A DNA stretch of 59,596 bases, the filler included, from Sphacelaria rigidula (Eukaryota), in NCBI GenBank assembly GCA_964200075.2. It is 5 parts of 5 records of this genome, joined end to end, with 100 filler letters (N's around TTAATTAATTAA, not from the genome) between each part and the next. Parts side by side here need not be neighbours in the genome. Positions count along the whole stretch, not along the records: positions 11,942 to 23,781 come from CAXNAA020004436.1; positions 23,882 to 35,721 come from CAXNAA020004437.1; 3 more parts are not named here. One strand, 5' to 3'. Numbering within the stretch: position 1 is the stretch's first letter; every line of letters begins with the position of its first letter. This document shows positions 13,891 through 26,800 of this stretch, piece after piece. The notes beneath the pieces were generated by a model. That model was not told where the DNA came from. It saw only the letters and a program-made list of their open reading frames with translations, and searched no databases. The translations under genes were made by a program, and so were the position numbers.

Positions 13891-14614
13891 GCAATCACCA
13901 AGCACGAAGCGCCTAGATGTGTTAGGTGAATCGCATGAAGGGTGAGCTGCATCCTGCTAAGATTATTCGAATCGAAGCGTTCTGATTATCTTGCACATGG
14001 ACGGTAGCCTACAATGAATTGCTTAGTTTTCTGGTACCAGAGATAGCCGGATATAGGGTGCACAGAATACGCTACGTGTCTGTTGCCGTGTGTCGGCTGG
14101 GTACATTTTCAACGCCCTCTCTTCACCTCACACCACAATGCGTCTGTTGTCTGTGTCAGCTAGCTTCTTCAGTCATGAAACGCGGGCACGAAAACGCGAG
14201 TTTGGGTGCAGTAATTGCTGCGTCAAAGTGTGGTACTCTACCATAGTAGGGTCAAAATCGCTATTTTCGATGCAAGTGTCGTACGAGCTGGGCCAGCCAA
14301 GAGTCGGTGTGAATCTCGCTCAGGTGACGCACGGCGTGACATTAGGGGTTGAACGCTGAAATTTTGACAGCAGCTTTTAAGATCAAAATGCAGAAGATCA
14401 CGTGAGCAGCAGATGAAAAATAAAAATAAGGAACCTGCGGGAATTCGAAATTTGAGCAAAAACAAGATAATGGCGTAAGTCCAGGAAAAAAATGAGAATC
14501 TACAGCTGCTCACGTGATGTATCATTTCCTTGGGTGCGGAAGGTCTTCCTGAAATTTCAGCTCAAGAGTCGTCGAATTGGGCCGTGCGTGCAACATTTTG
14601 CGTGACGCTGCTGC

Positions 14615-14680
14615 ATCGCTATAATTCAAGTGATGAGAGACTCCAATGATAGATGCCATGAGTTCGAATCCCGACATATT
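14615..14680 (+). mobile_element. tRNA-derived (Pol III) SINE head or decayed tRNA-like sequence
   Basis: A-box-like TAATTCAAGTGA (~14622-14633) and a canonical B box GAGTTCGAATCCC (14660-14672) at tRNA-like spacing. No intact cloverleaf is visible. Confidence 0.35.
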
Positions 14681-17440
14681 CTCTTTTTTTCATCTGTCGT
14701 TGAGGTCATATATTATGCAGTACATTTTTTTCCGTTTTTTTTCATTCAGCGGCGGTGCCGTGTGTCACCAGGTTGGTCTGCACTTCATAGCGATATGCTT
14801 AACTCGGGTTAATTAGGGAAACGGGGGAAGCTGTGGTGTGACCAACTTTTAGCGGCTTTTAAGCTGGCCCAGCTCGTATATAGTATACATACTGAGGGGC
14901 TCCACCCTATACAGTGCGATCACGACAGGCTGGCAACACATCGCATTGTATGTGGTGGGACTCCACTGTATTGCGACATAATGGCGACTGTTTGAGCTAG
15001 AGATTGTGCACTCCGCGTTCCTCAAGTCCCGTGTCTTTCGTTTGTTGTCCCTTTGCTCTCGAACAGCTGATCATTCTGGAGGCCCATGCCGAAGAACATC
15101 AACGATGCGCGTGGTGGGTTTGCCGAAGGTTACATAGCACAGCCCTGATGAGTGTAAAGTTCGTGCCACTAACACTTGCCACGCCGACGTGTTTATTCAG
15201 AGTGGGTGGTAAACAGCGTATCCCTATACAAACAGTACTGTAGATACCGACACAGGGCAACAACTAGCCGAAGAGTCATCGCCGAGGGGTGTCCCACAAA
15301 ATATCAGTGTATCAGCGGTGATTACCCTCAAGTGCCCCCCCCACCGTACTATCGTACCCCTTTTTCTCCCTTGGAAAGAGTCCGTAGCTTCAAGCGGTAA
15401 ACGCATCTCTCTCCCGGTACACCATTTGACTTTTGCTATCGTTGATTGGATCAGCAGAGATTTTTAGTGCACCAGTATGTGAGAAGCATGATTTCAGAGT
15501 AAAATAACCTGGAAAATAAAAACCGCCGAACGACACGTACCGGCTACATAAAACGCGGCAGTGCAGATGCAAGCACAACGTCCCGCGCACGCCTGAACGT
15601 CTTGACCCGCGTTTTCTGACGTGAATGGCGGAGTATAACACCCCCGTGTATAACATCCCTGTGTGATACTTGTTGCAACTTGGATTTTTTTTCACTGCGC
15701 GGGGCGTTTCGCCGGTTGAAAATATTTTTGCCAAGGGTTTGTCTTCGCAAGTGAGATATGTTTGGAGTTCATCAAAGTCCAAGCATCTCCAGTCAATCAA
15801 TGCTAAAGAGCTATTAACCCCCGGGTTACTGGGAAGGGTGTTATACTCCGTACACAGTACATATCCAACCCCAACGACCCAAATCTCAAGACCTCGCAAA
15901 ACCCCCAAACTTTCAACATCTTCGAAAAGCAACGCAGAACGTATCTTATACTAACAGGAGACCGCCAGCCAAGCACAATCCTACATCGATAAACAGCTCG
16001 AGTGTTCGTTTTCCTACAGGTGCGTGTATTGTTGTTGCGCTCACTGACTTTAGCGTCTGTTCTTACCGCAGCTGCAACTAGAGTGTTGCGACGACTGCTA
16101 CTGCTGCCTCGGCTCGACATGTAGGGCATTTTCGGCTTCGGCTGCTGGACTTGCGAATCTCTCGCCGAGAGTGCACCCGCCGCCGAAAAAGCACCTCTGA
16201 GAACCCGCACTCGCGTTGTGCCTGTCCGATGGTTAGACTTCAAGCGTGCTTTGTTGGCACGCCAGAAGTCTACTTTTTACTTGTCTCCTCGGTGGTGGGA
16301 TGCAGAATCTGACGATCGCGTTGAGAGGGTCATTATTCACCATATTTCATACTTTCTACAGTTGATATATTCGCCTCATGTCTTTTCAGACACGTAGTCG
16401 ATGATTGAACGGCAAAGGCGAACTTGACTCACGGCAGATTCACTCTGGAAGCGAGGGCAATCTTCAGGAATCAACAGCAGGGCGTCGAAATTTTGCCAAA
16501 ACAAGAGACTCAGGTCTCAAACGAGGGCAACCATTGCCAAAATTTTGGTCGCGTTTATCCCTCTTCCCTTCTGCATTGTCCTCCGAAATAGTGCAGGGTG
16601 GAAAGGAACCACAACAATCCTATACAACGATCAATAGATTAGCGTGGGATCCTGAAGGAACCTGAGAACCTCTCAGGGTTCCTAGTACTCAACGCCCCAG
16701 AGTCCCCGGAGCACTTGACCCCCAAAGTCGTCGGCGTCGTGCTCCATGCCACTCGATGCACCCAGCGAAGTACTCAGTGCCTCTGAGTATACCTGGAATG
16801 CACTGCAGAAAACACCGGGTATTCCGAAGTACTCCGAGTATTACTGTGCCTGACTTGGTGTACTCAGTACAGTATGTTCCACACCCTGACCATGCAAACC
16901 TCCCCACCCAATTCGGGGCTGAGATTTACTTACATCTCAAAAATATGATGTCCTTCCGAATGTTGCATTTATTGCCGTAGACCTGCAAAACATTATCCCT
17001 AAAGTTTAGCCACGCACGTACGTACGTGAGCTTCAAAACGCGACGAATCTCCCACCAATGACCTCCACATACAGGTCAATCCTCATTGCAGCGACCGCAG
17101 CGGCACATGCACTCCCACGGCAAGGTACTGACAATTTCCTTCAAGACTCCCCTACACCATCCGTCATGCTCACCGCAACCCCCCTCCGACAGAGATGCAT
17201 ACCTCAACGTAAATCGGCTGTTTGTTCATCGCACCACCACCACTATTGTAGCAGTGCAGGGGGCTACGGAGAAAAAAAAATCGGACACGAAGCCCCCCCT
17301 CCCGGAGGGTATTTTTTCGAAAAATGTGATGCTTTTTTTGTTTTGTGGAATATATATATATATGTGTGTCATTGTTGCAAGAAATTGATCAACTAACACT
17401 GACGAAAAGCGAAAAGTCTGGTGGGCTTTGCAGGGTTCGT

Positions 17441-17634
17441 ATATTTCACACCTTGGACAATATATATATATGGTCAAAAGTTGTAATAGACAAAATACGT
17501 GCTGCATAAAGTATAGGCCTCTTGCGACTATTGTGGACCGGCAGTAGTTGCAATAGGCCTATACTTTATGCAGTACACTTCTCATCTATTGCATCCACCG
17601 TTGACCATATTATATTGTCCAAGGTGTGGTATAT
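17441..17634. repeat. Long fold-back inverted repeat (~190 nt hairpin)
   Basis: Outer arms CACACCTTGGACAA (17447-17460) / TTGTCCAAGGTGTG (17615-17628). Perfect 19-bp inner arms CTGCATAAAGTATAGGCCT (17502-17520) / AGGCCTATACTTTATGCAG (17555-17573). The intervening sequence is also partly complementary. Confidence 0.9.
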
Positions 17635-17829
17635 TTGCTTGTGCTCCTCACCCGCTCTGTCCCAATGAGCTCAGATACCGGCCACGCTCGCACACATATG
17701 TGTATACGAGCGCACGGTAGCGAAAGGCTGTAGCCAAAGTAGCAGCAATATATCACACCTCGCCAAACTTGCCCGGACTACTGGTAGGTAGTTGGGGCAC
17801 ACGTCACAGAAACATGATCCCATAAATAT

Positions 17830-18224
17830 TGTAATCGTGGTGGGAGATGACCGTGGTGAGGGCGGCGTGTCCACCATCTCAGCGGTCTCCAGGCCAAGGA
17901 TCTCAGTGCACGGCAGCTGACCGCATCTGTCAACGCCTCAACAATGAACTAGGGGAAAGCAGGCTGGATCCCCCCCTCCCCATGTACTCCCCCCTCCCCT
18001 TTTCATGCGAACAGGTACAGATGAATGACCATGTACATATATACGTATAAATTATCCTGACGCACGGGTACTGGTAGTCGAGTGTGTGTGACTACGGTAT
18101 CATGCTCGGGCCAGCAGTGTCGCTGCCGCTAGCACTCACTCTTTGTCTGATCACTACTACTGAGGCTCGACTCTGTCAAGGCACTCTCCAATAATACAAA
18201 TATAAACCATCTAACCTTCGCCAC
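17830..18224 (+). mobile_element. Probable 5' LTR of the adjacent copia element
   Basis: Starts TGTAATC, contains a TATA-like TATAAAT (~18046) and an A-rich polyA-signal-like stretch, and ends ..CTTCGCCAC about 40 nt upstream of the gag ATG. There is no second LTR to confirm the boundaries. Confidence 0.5.
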
Positions 18225-18264
18225 GGGCCACGGAATATACTAGTGTTAAAACCGGTCGGGAAAA

Positions 18265-20692
18265 ATGGCAGATCAAGGTGGTGGGCCTGCTCCAGCAGTC
18301 GGTGAGCAGGGTATTATTGAACGTTTGGGGAAGATGGCCAGTCAGCTGAATTCAGTGGCTGAGCTCCTGCGTGACTTCTAGTCAAACCAGACTGCATTAC
18401 GTAGTCAAGTGCATGGGATGGGTTCAGTAAGAGAGTCCGGGGGCGTTGAAACCAATAACGTCCTCGATGTTGATGGTTCCCTTAGTCCACAGAGGGAATC
18501 CAGAAGAGATGTCGACATAGTAGAGCGACGAAGTGCTGCAGTGCGACGGGACCGCCAGTGCATCGGGACTCAAGCCGGACCGGAGGAAGGAGCTCGCGGT
18601 GCGGGGGGCAATGGAGCCAGAGGCGACGGAGCCAGGGGCTTTGTCCCCGAACGTGAGTCAGTCTATGTGTACAATGCAAGTGGGAATGCGTCAGGAGTGC
18701 CGGTTGTTCGACAGAACGTGCCCAAATTTTCAGGGAAAATCTCAGAGTTCGCAAGGTACGAATATGAACTCATCAAGTTCGCGAGGGGCGAAGGAGTAGA
18801 GTGGGTGTTTACCATGGCCGGCGACAGTTCGCACGGCGTAGACGTTGGCGACCCTGAACTACAACTGAGACATCTGGAGGCTAGACACGGGAAGGGCATT
18901 GTGGCAGCCCAAATGAGGGCGAGACGGATGCTTGTTGCTAGTCTCGAAGGCAAGAGAGAGCAAGATATCCTGCTCAGACTTCACTCACCTGGTGCAGTTT
19001 GGAGAAAACTTGCGGATGCCTTTCGCCCCAAAACAATTGGGGCAAGACTGGTGTCGTTGGGAAAGTTTGATGGAGTCAAGATTGGTGTTCGTGACGATCC
19101 AGAGCAGAAGCTGCTCGAGATGGAAGACATTGCACGAGACCTGAATTCATCCGAGGACCATCAACTCCTGAGCGAAAACCACATCCTCTTGAAATTCGTC
19201 AACGCCTTGCCGCACGAGTATAATATGCAGAGGTAGTTGCTGGAGGATCAGGACGGGCCGCTTACACGAGAGGTTGTGATAACCCTGGTCCGAAAGCACT
19301 TCAAGTCGGTCGTTTTCAAGGAGGAACTTGCCCGGGGAAAGAAGACATCCTCGGGCGACCAAGCCCTCCTCGCCAGGGGTGGGAATGGAAAACCGCGAGG
19401 TGCACACCGAGAAGAAAAACCGGGGAAACCCCAGGGCTCTGGTCAGAAAAATGACGGGAGCCAGAGTTCGAACAGGTCTCGGTCGACATGGTCGGACGGC
19501 AAACCGGCGACTGTGAAGCTGATCCGCTGCCACATTTGCGCATCGCGCCAAGGACTGCCCGTGGAGATGCTGTCCGAGTGCGGTCAACCAGGGCTCAGGT
19601 TTTGGGACTGTTCGAGATCGACAGCGAAGAAAGATGTGGTGATGACGATGGGTGCGGTCGACGATAGTGACGACTCCTCTGTTTGCTCGGACGCGGATGC
19701 GGAGGCTTTCACCGCTTTCGACACCACCATCGGAGACGGAACAGGCGAGCACGCCCTGTGTGTTGGGCAGGGGGGTGATACACAGCAGGGTGAGAGTGAA
19801 CCGTGGGTGTTCGACACGGGGGCTACCCAACATTTCTCCCCCGATTCCAGTGGGATGACGGAGTACAGAGATTGTCAGTGTAGGGTACTACGGTGTGCGG
19901 GTGGTAGTACTTACCCGATCGTAGGCAGAGGAAATTTGTCTCTTGCTTTCAGATCTGACGGACAGGATGTGGTGATCAAACTAATGGATGTTGATCATGT
20001 ACCAAATGTCCGTCATCACCCCTTGTCACTTACAAGGATCCAAAACAGTGGGCATACCTACAATACACTGGTTTTCGTGGAGGTTTCAGGTTAGATCTCA
20101 TCTCAGGCAACACACTGAAGATACCTGGACCAACTCGAGTACTGAAAATGTACGCTCGTCGCCTTGATCAGAATGGTATTGACAAGTGTGCTTCGGCATA
20201 CGCTGTGATTGCCCCGGGGGCTCCGTCTATCCCCCAGATCGTTGATATAAACGATTCCCACTGTGCCTACGCTCACGTTTACGAGGACTCACCGCAAAAG
20301 ACCGCGAAGCAGCTGGGAGTGCACCTCACCGGAGAGCTGCAGCCCGGCCGCGTTTGCCCGGAGACGAAGGGAGAACGACGAGCGATTCCAAGATCGACGC
20401 ACACAAAAGCAGCTAAGTCAGCGTCTCGAGTGTTTGTAGATCTTTCCGGCCCGAAATCACTCAAGTTTCACGGAGGAAAGTGGTACACGATGATAGTTCG
20501 AGATGATTACTCACGGTTCATGAACCTATATTTTCTCCGCACGAAGGATGAGGCAGAACGATACTCCACGAAATACATTGCAGAAGTTTCTCCAAGAAAA
20601 GTCGAAGTAGTCCGCGGCGATGACGGGGGTGAATTATCGGAGGGCGTATTTAGCGAACTGTGTGACGAGGGAAAGACTAAGCGGGAAAAGAC
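18265..20692 (+). pseudogene. Ty1/copia gag-protease-integrase polyprotein, degenerate and 3'-truncated
   Basis: ATG 18265 with in-frame TAG at 18379 and 19234. UBN2-type gag (..LLKFVNALPHEY), broken zinc knuckles (IRCHIC.., HRAKDCP in another frame), protease WVFDTGATQHF, GAG-pre-integrase HCAYAH and integrase core RVFVDLSGP..YTMIVRDDYSRF..VVRGDDGGE. The PR-INT order is copia-type. RT/RNaseH are absent. Confidence 0.93.
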
Positions 20693-20892
20693 CAGGGTTC
20701 TACATGTTACACGTGCCACAACGTTACCCGTTACGTTCACGTTACGTTTTGACCCAAACGTAACGTGAACGTTAATTTTGTCAAGGTGACAAACGAAACG
20801 TGGACATAACATTAAGTTTTCAAATGAAACGTTAACGTGAACGTTTCATATTACGTTCCACGTTTCGTGAAATGTCAAAAACACGTTACATG
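20693..20892. mobile_element. DNA-transposon-like end (CAGGG.. terminus with dense GTTAC/AACGT subterminal repeats) truncating the copia
   Basis: Integrase similarity stops abruptly at CAGGGTTCTAC (20693). A perfect 17-bp inverted repeat follows: ACGTTCACGTTACGTTT (20733-20749) / AAACGTAACGTGAACGT (20756-20772). Confidence 0.5.
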
Positions 20893-20984
20893 AAGCGGTG
20901 CACAATTCTAGTTTGCAATGAACTTGAAATCCTAGAAAACAAGTTAACTACTATGCAACAGTTCAAGTTCAGGCCGTGTATTTT

Positions 20985-21265
20985 GCTGACAGTACGAGGT
21001 TACAAGTACAGGCTATACTTTGCTAACGAAGTACAAATGCAGGCTGTACTTGTAACCTTGTACTACTGTATTCCCAACTACAGGCTGTACCCTGCATGCA
21101 CAGTAGTGCAAGGTTACAAGTACAGCCTGTACTCTGCAAGCACAGAAGTGCAAGGCACCAAGTACAGGCTGTATGTACTCGCGAACACAGTACGAGGTGG
21201 TTGCTGCACTTTGCAAATACAACAGGCAGTAGTAGCACAAGGGTACAAACACACAGTAGTACAAT
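20985..21265. repeat. Degenerate ~42-bp tandem array with an inverted unit
   Basis: Recurring ACAGTA..AGGTTACAAGTACAGGCTGTA. Positions 21040-21069 are the reverse complement of 21100-21129 (29/30). Confidence 0.75.
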
Positions 21266-22164
21266 ATAGTCAATCATGTGTTCGCGACAACGGGAGGCAG
21301 GCTCGCATTTGGCAGCTATGATGTCGGCAATGTCTGTTGCTCTACACCGTCTTAACTGTAATGTTCAAGGCTACGTGCAGATGCACGTACATGGTAGGAA
21401 TGCAGATGCAGAGGATATAACTTCAGCTTGCAACACGGTACATGTGCAGGCTTTAATTTGTTTGACAGTCTTTTATAGCAGTCACCAATATCGAGTTTTT
21501 CGAGCATCGTGGGGGAAAAAATCGGGGAACGCATTTTATGGATCCCGATTTAGACCAAATTGGGTAAGGAAAATTCGGGGTGTCACGATCTCAGAACGGT
21601 CTCGCCCGATTTTGCAAAATAATGGGGGGAATGCGTTCCGAGATCGTGACTGCCCCCAATTTTTTCAGGTGACGTACGTGCATTGACATACAATGGTAGG
21701 GTACAAAGCGTTTCTACTTTTTCAACCGCAGCAGAAGACAGTCTCGTGACAGCGCAGGGCGTGCCTGCCCGCGCCTGCTGCTGAAGCAGCTTCGCACGGG
21801 GTTTGGCAAGCGGATAATAAGCGCTGATGGGGTATCCTGCGGCGATCGTAATATTTCATGCTGCGCTGCGCTGCCATATGTATCACTATAACGAACGGTA
21901 CTGTACTCTCCAAGTCTGTTGTCGCTGTACTTGAGGCGTGATGTATGGCATTGCACTACAGTACTGAACTCTGCTCGCGTACTGTTTGTTCACTGCATGT
22001 TCTCGCAATACCGACTGTGCCATCATGCACTACCACACGACATTATCATGTACTGTTATGGGGGTAAATGAAGGCCTTACCGACGAAACATCCGTTGTCA
22101 ACAAAAACAAGTATAAACGCGGAGGGATATTGGAGACGTGTTGAAGACGTCATTGACCGGTCGG

Positions 22165-22208
22165 ACCTGTGCCGAACCTGTGCCGAACCTGTGCCGAACC
22201 TGTGCCGA
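22165..22208 (+). repeat. 11-bp minisatellite x4
   Basis: (ACCTGTGCCGA)4, exact. Confidence 0.95.
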
Positions 22209-23264
22209 ACAGAGCACACGCTCCACCCGAAGTTACCTAGGTTTAGTATGCGACAGCTGTAATTTTTTCATCGCATAGTTCTTGAGACAGGAAGCAAACT
22301 GGCCTGTGGCACTTGACAGCCCCCCGCGCACACACTAGATACTTTTAGTGCCGCGGCGGAGTTGCTCAGTTCGCCACAGCGGATCCGAAGCGCCCCCGAA
22401 CGTCGAAGATAATGCGTTTTTTAGTACATTTTGCGGTTCGCAAAGTGCTGCGGGCTCCGCGGCACGTGTTACGGAAAGCCGCCGCGGCACTGAAACGTTC
22501 TGGTGTGTGGGAAGCGCACCATCGAATCACAGACCAATCCTCTGCTTCGTTGCCGAGATATCTGCCTTGAAAAATCGGCACTTGCGGCTTCAGGAACAGC
22601 ATCGTTTACCGAGGTGAAGCATGGGAAATTCTCAACAGCTTGGTGTTTGGAAACTCAAGAAAAAACCGAACTCCCGCGCAGCATAGACGAAGTACAAGGA
22701 AAACACTGGCCAAAACGTATCCTGTGCCTTGACAGCCGCGCGCAAGGTCAAGGCGGCGCCTCAACGCGCGGAGAAAGCTGAAAAAGAAATCAAGGCGGCC
22801 ACCGAAAGGCTCAACGCGGTCACTGAAAAGCTTGACGCGTCTGTCTCATGTCAGAGTGTTGGGTTCAGCGCGTAAGCTAAGCCGGTGCGCCCAATTTTTA
22901 GTGCGGTCCTTTGGCTCTTTCACAGTCGGAAGACAGCGATGATGTTTCCCGTAACTGACTGTTAATGCTAATAACAATATGTGAACAATGCAACATGGGG
23001 CAAGCTTCGTTTTGAAAGGTATGTGTTTGTATCGTCCGTCCTGTCATGAGGTGCTTATTTATTGTATGCGCTTGTGTACAAGGGGCAATTCATTCTCCCA
23101 ACAAAGAGTACCACGAACCATATAGTTTGCTCTGATCACAATCGGCTGTGTTGTGTCTACGCTGTCGAGCGCACAAGCCAGAGCCTCAAGCGCGGTCTTT
23201 TCTATGTTCGATGCACTGCCTTTGACAGATCGAAGACAGCCATGACGCTTGCTGTCACTACTGC

Positions 23265-23480
23265 CTGTGTGTGTTTGTGTTGTCGTCCCATCTCTTCTGG
23301 GTGCCGGTCTACACCTTTCGGTACATGTGGGCGCACCAGCCGGGGTCACACAGGAGGAAGGTCAACACAGACTCTTTCTTCTTTTTTATTTGTTTTTAGT
23401 ACCCCACCTTCCTTCTGCGGTGCTTGCCATTATTTTTTTATCGCGGGAGGGGTTGAGCAGCCCCTTTCCCTCGTCGACCG
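23265..23480 (-). mobile_element. Dispersed repeat, probable SINE/LINE 3' end with (CA)n tail
   Basis: Closely similar to 28837-29075 (CCTTTCGGTACATGTGGGCGCA.CAGCCGGGGTC.C.CAGGAGGAAGGTCAACACAG..CTTCCTTCTGCG.TGCTTGCC), with a short TG-rich left end. Confidence 0.7.
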
Positions 23481-23781
23481 TCAATTCGATTTTGTGTACC
23501 CACAGCATAGTCGCTCTCCACTGTTGGGCATTGTGTGATAAAAAATCCCAGATCGCCGGTGCACAACATAACAGAAGGAAACTATGAGACGGGAAGGCGG
23601 AGTTTGCCGTTGACGGTTTGCTTTCAGGAGTGGAGAACACAAAGGTGATTCCTTCCACTCGTGCCACGACCCTGAGCCCATGGGGCCCATGAAGTAATTG
23701 CTCTCCTACCCGCCATCACAGAAAGGTGCAGGGTATGCAACGAGCTGTTGGAATAATTCGTGGTCGTGGCACTGTCCTTAC

Positions 23782-23881
23782 NNNNNNNNNNNNNNNNNNN
23801 NNNNNNNNNNNNNNNNNNNNNNNNNTTAATTAATTAANNNNNNNNNNNNNNNNNNNNNNNNNNNNNNNNNNNNNNNNNNNN
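23782..23881. other. Artificial contig-joining linker
   Basis: Same N44-TTAATTAATTAA-N44 spacer. Confidence 0.98.
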
Positions 23882-26800
23882 GAGGGGAGGAGGTGGGGAG
23901 GGGGTGGGGGGGGGGGGGGGGGGAGGGGGGGGGGGGGGGGGGGGGGGGGAAGAAATTGGATAGAAAAAAAGCCAAGAGGGCAGCACACAATAAATTAATC
24001 TGATTACGATGATTAAAGGACAAGGAAAAAAAAGAAAACAGATGAAGCGACGAGCGCGAGGGAAGATCGTCCACGCTAAGATCTGGTACCTATCCCGACG
24101 AAACATCTGCGTTCCCTTTAAGCAGAATCTAGTGCACATCGTTGAAAGCGTGACGGACGTGAGTAGCCAAATAAAGTATGACGAGAGCACCGGGCATCTG
24201 TGTGAAATGACTGGCTCGATTACACAGAGTACAAGTGCATGAGCCACGGAACGACAACCACGGGATGAACAGTATGTTTGTCATCGGGGGCTGTGGTCGC
24301 AAGAGGATAGGGGCTACTTTGCTTTATCGTCCGGGTTACCAGCTTCGCAGTTCAGCCGAAGATATCGTTCCGAAATGAGTTCTTGTCCAAGTGGTTAACC
24401 ACGACGGTGTGCGGGAGTGAGTCACGATCCATTACGCCATGAAAAAAAAAGTGAGGCACGTACCAGGGGAGAGATGGATCGGCCCCCCGACACTGCGAAG
24501 TCTTTTTCAGGCAGGAGCGAGGTTAAAGGTACACTATTGCAAAAATGCGTGTGCGTGTGCGCGTGTGTGTGCATGTAGTATGCATATCAGGCCGGCATGG
24601 TATGGGCGTTGACGTTTCAATATCACTTGGGCAGTAGCGATAGGCGACGTATTGTTGTTTTTACCGCTTTGGGGTGCAGCGGTCAAACGTCATTCCATAT
24701 GTGAAATTGGTGGAGCCAAGATATACCTTCTTCATCACGAGGTTCGCAAGCGGCAAGAAAGGTACAAACGGGGAACAAAATCGACAGAATATGGCTAGAA
24801 GAACGTGGCGGCCAGTACGAGTGTGGTAAACATTGTAATACTACATGTGTTCGATTGAAAGCGTTGTTTCTCTCAGTTTATTCGGTCACCAGGACTAGTG
24901 ACGGTCAAGGGTTAATGAAAGAAAACTTTCGAGATGTATTTACTACCGGGCATAGAATACAAAAATGCAATCGTATTTACCACCAATTTTGAACGACTTA
25001 CGGGCTAACCGGTCGTCGAGGGTCTTGCGAGTACACAGCCCCAGGTTCTCGCTGATTGAGAGTTTCGGTCCACCGAACTAATCACGATTCTTATAGTGAG
25101 CAACTTTATGGTTCAAGTTCATCAGTTTCTGGCTTCTCATTGCTTAACAGCCAACAATTGTTCTTTTTCACCCAATACTTTCAGTAACACCCTCCTCGCG
25201 ATACGGAACTTCTCTCTATGCTGCCCGGACGATACGAAATCGAGGACTGTGTCCTGTGAAACGATCTGCACCTTTTATCGACACGGATCCAATCTCGGAT
25301 TCTCGAGTAAAAACGACAAATCGGCAGCGAACAAATCCCGATGAAGTGAATCCGATATTCAAACGTCAACTACTCTAAAAAACAAACAAGTATACCTCAG
25401 GGTGAAATAGCGTTGGCGGGTCAGCACGCCGAAAACAGTATGGGTGATAGGACCACTTGCCGCCGATCTGATCTTGAGGGTTGCCGATTATAGTGGACTT
25501 ATTTTCCCTCCTCGTGAATCTTTGAACCCTTTGAGAACCCATTGACGATTCTTGTCTTTGGGAATCGGAATCATTTTGTCTTAAGAATGATTGAAGATTT
25601 TGACAATTCACAAAAGCAAAAATCGTCAGTGGGTGCCAAAAGAGTCAACACCCCCCCCCTATCAGGACGAATCCGTGGTCTGAAGGAATCAACCCATCTC
25701 TCACCCCGGAGAATCATTTGCAACTGCTGATTCCAGGAATACTATCCACCAAGGGCCTGGCCTAATACAATCGTTGGGACACTTTTATGTTGTCAGCGGG
25801 TCGGAACATTCAAATGCAGAGTCGAGTGCCCGGGGGTGCGTGTTTTGCAGTGTGCAAACCCATGCAAGTCGCGAGGCGTGAGCATAGTATATACATGCTT
25901 CAATGTGATGAAGTAGTACTTGGTTGGCGCCTCAGCAACAGAAGTACATGTTGCGTGCATAAAACGTTCTCGAAGGTGCCCTATCAAGACCCAAGCTTTC
26001 GGAAGTCGTCGACGCGCCAGATATGACGCTGGGGTGATATGGCATGAAATGTACAGTATGTCAATACATATTTTCAGGCCCTATTTCCGACTCTTGATGA
26101 GCATTCATAGTGCAAGCGCGAGCGCTTCAGCGCGAGCGCTTCAGCGCATGAAATTGTAGCACGCCTATCCAAGAGCGACCATTCCATGCATCGTATGTAT
26201 ACAGCAACGACGGGGACATTGACGACGAAGTTGCACACCCTGGGCATGAGATCACATTTGTCAAAACCTGTACTGCGCACAGCATCGAATCTATTGTCCA
26301 ATGAAAAACAGATTGCCCTTTACCCAGGGCGCTTCCAAATTCAACTTATTTCGGTGTTAGTAACATTTCGGTGTTTGTGACGTCGCGGTCTTGGATTGCG
26401 GCGGTAAAACCGGAGCGGTATTGGCTCGGCCTTCTTACAAGTGGCTCTAAAATGAAGGTTTGCCGCACGCACCCGGGGTATGGTGAGGCGTCGTTGCACA
26501 GAAGCGTAAAGTTGCATTGAAGCATAAATCGTGTTCGTGTCATCGCCGTCGCCCTACATTCGCAAGGGCCCGCAGCAAGCCGGCGCTAAGACGCGAGCCG
26601 TTTCCCGGCAAACTCCCGCTAGGTCATTCCGCACTAGTCCCAGCCACTACCATGCCTATTTTCAAGTACACGTACAGGACTTGCTTCCCGGTATGCCATA
26701 GACTATAAGTTGAAAACTGCTGTTTCTCGGGCAGACAGGAGACAGCGTCAAGCGTCAAGAAGCTGCACGCTGGGCCGAGGGCGTTCGTATCGGGAAATGA

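Noticed and set aside
14615..14680. Functional tRNA gene
   Set aside because: A B box is present, but acceptor and anticodon stems cannot be formed.
16067..16129. Candidate first exon of the prolyl oligopeptidase (MPYMSSRGSSSSRRNTLVAAA|GTAAGA, minus strand)
   Set aside because: The position is plausible, but its phase-0 donor does not match the phase-2 acceptors at 13022/13019 and it has no homology support.
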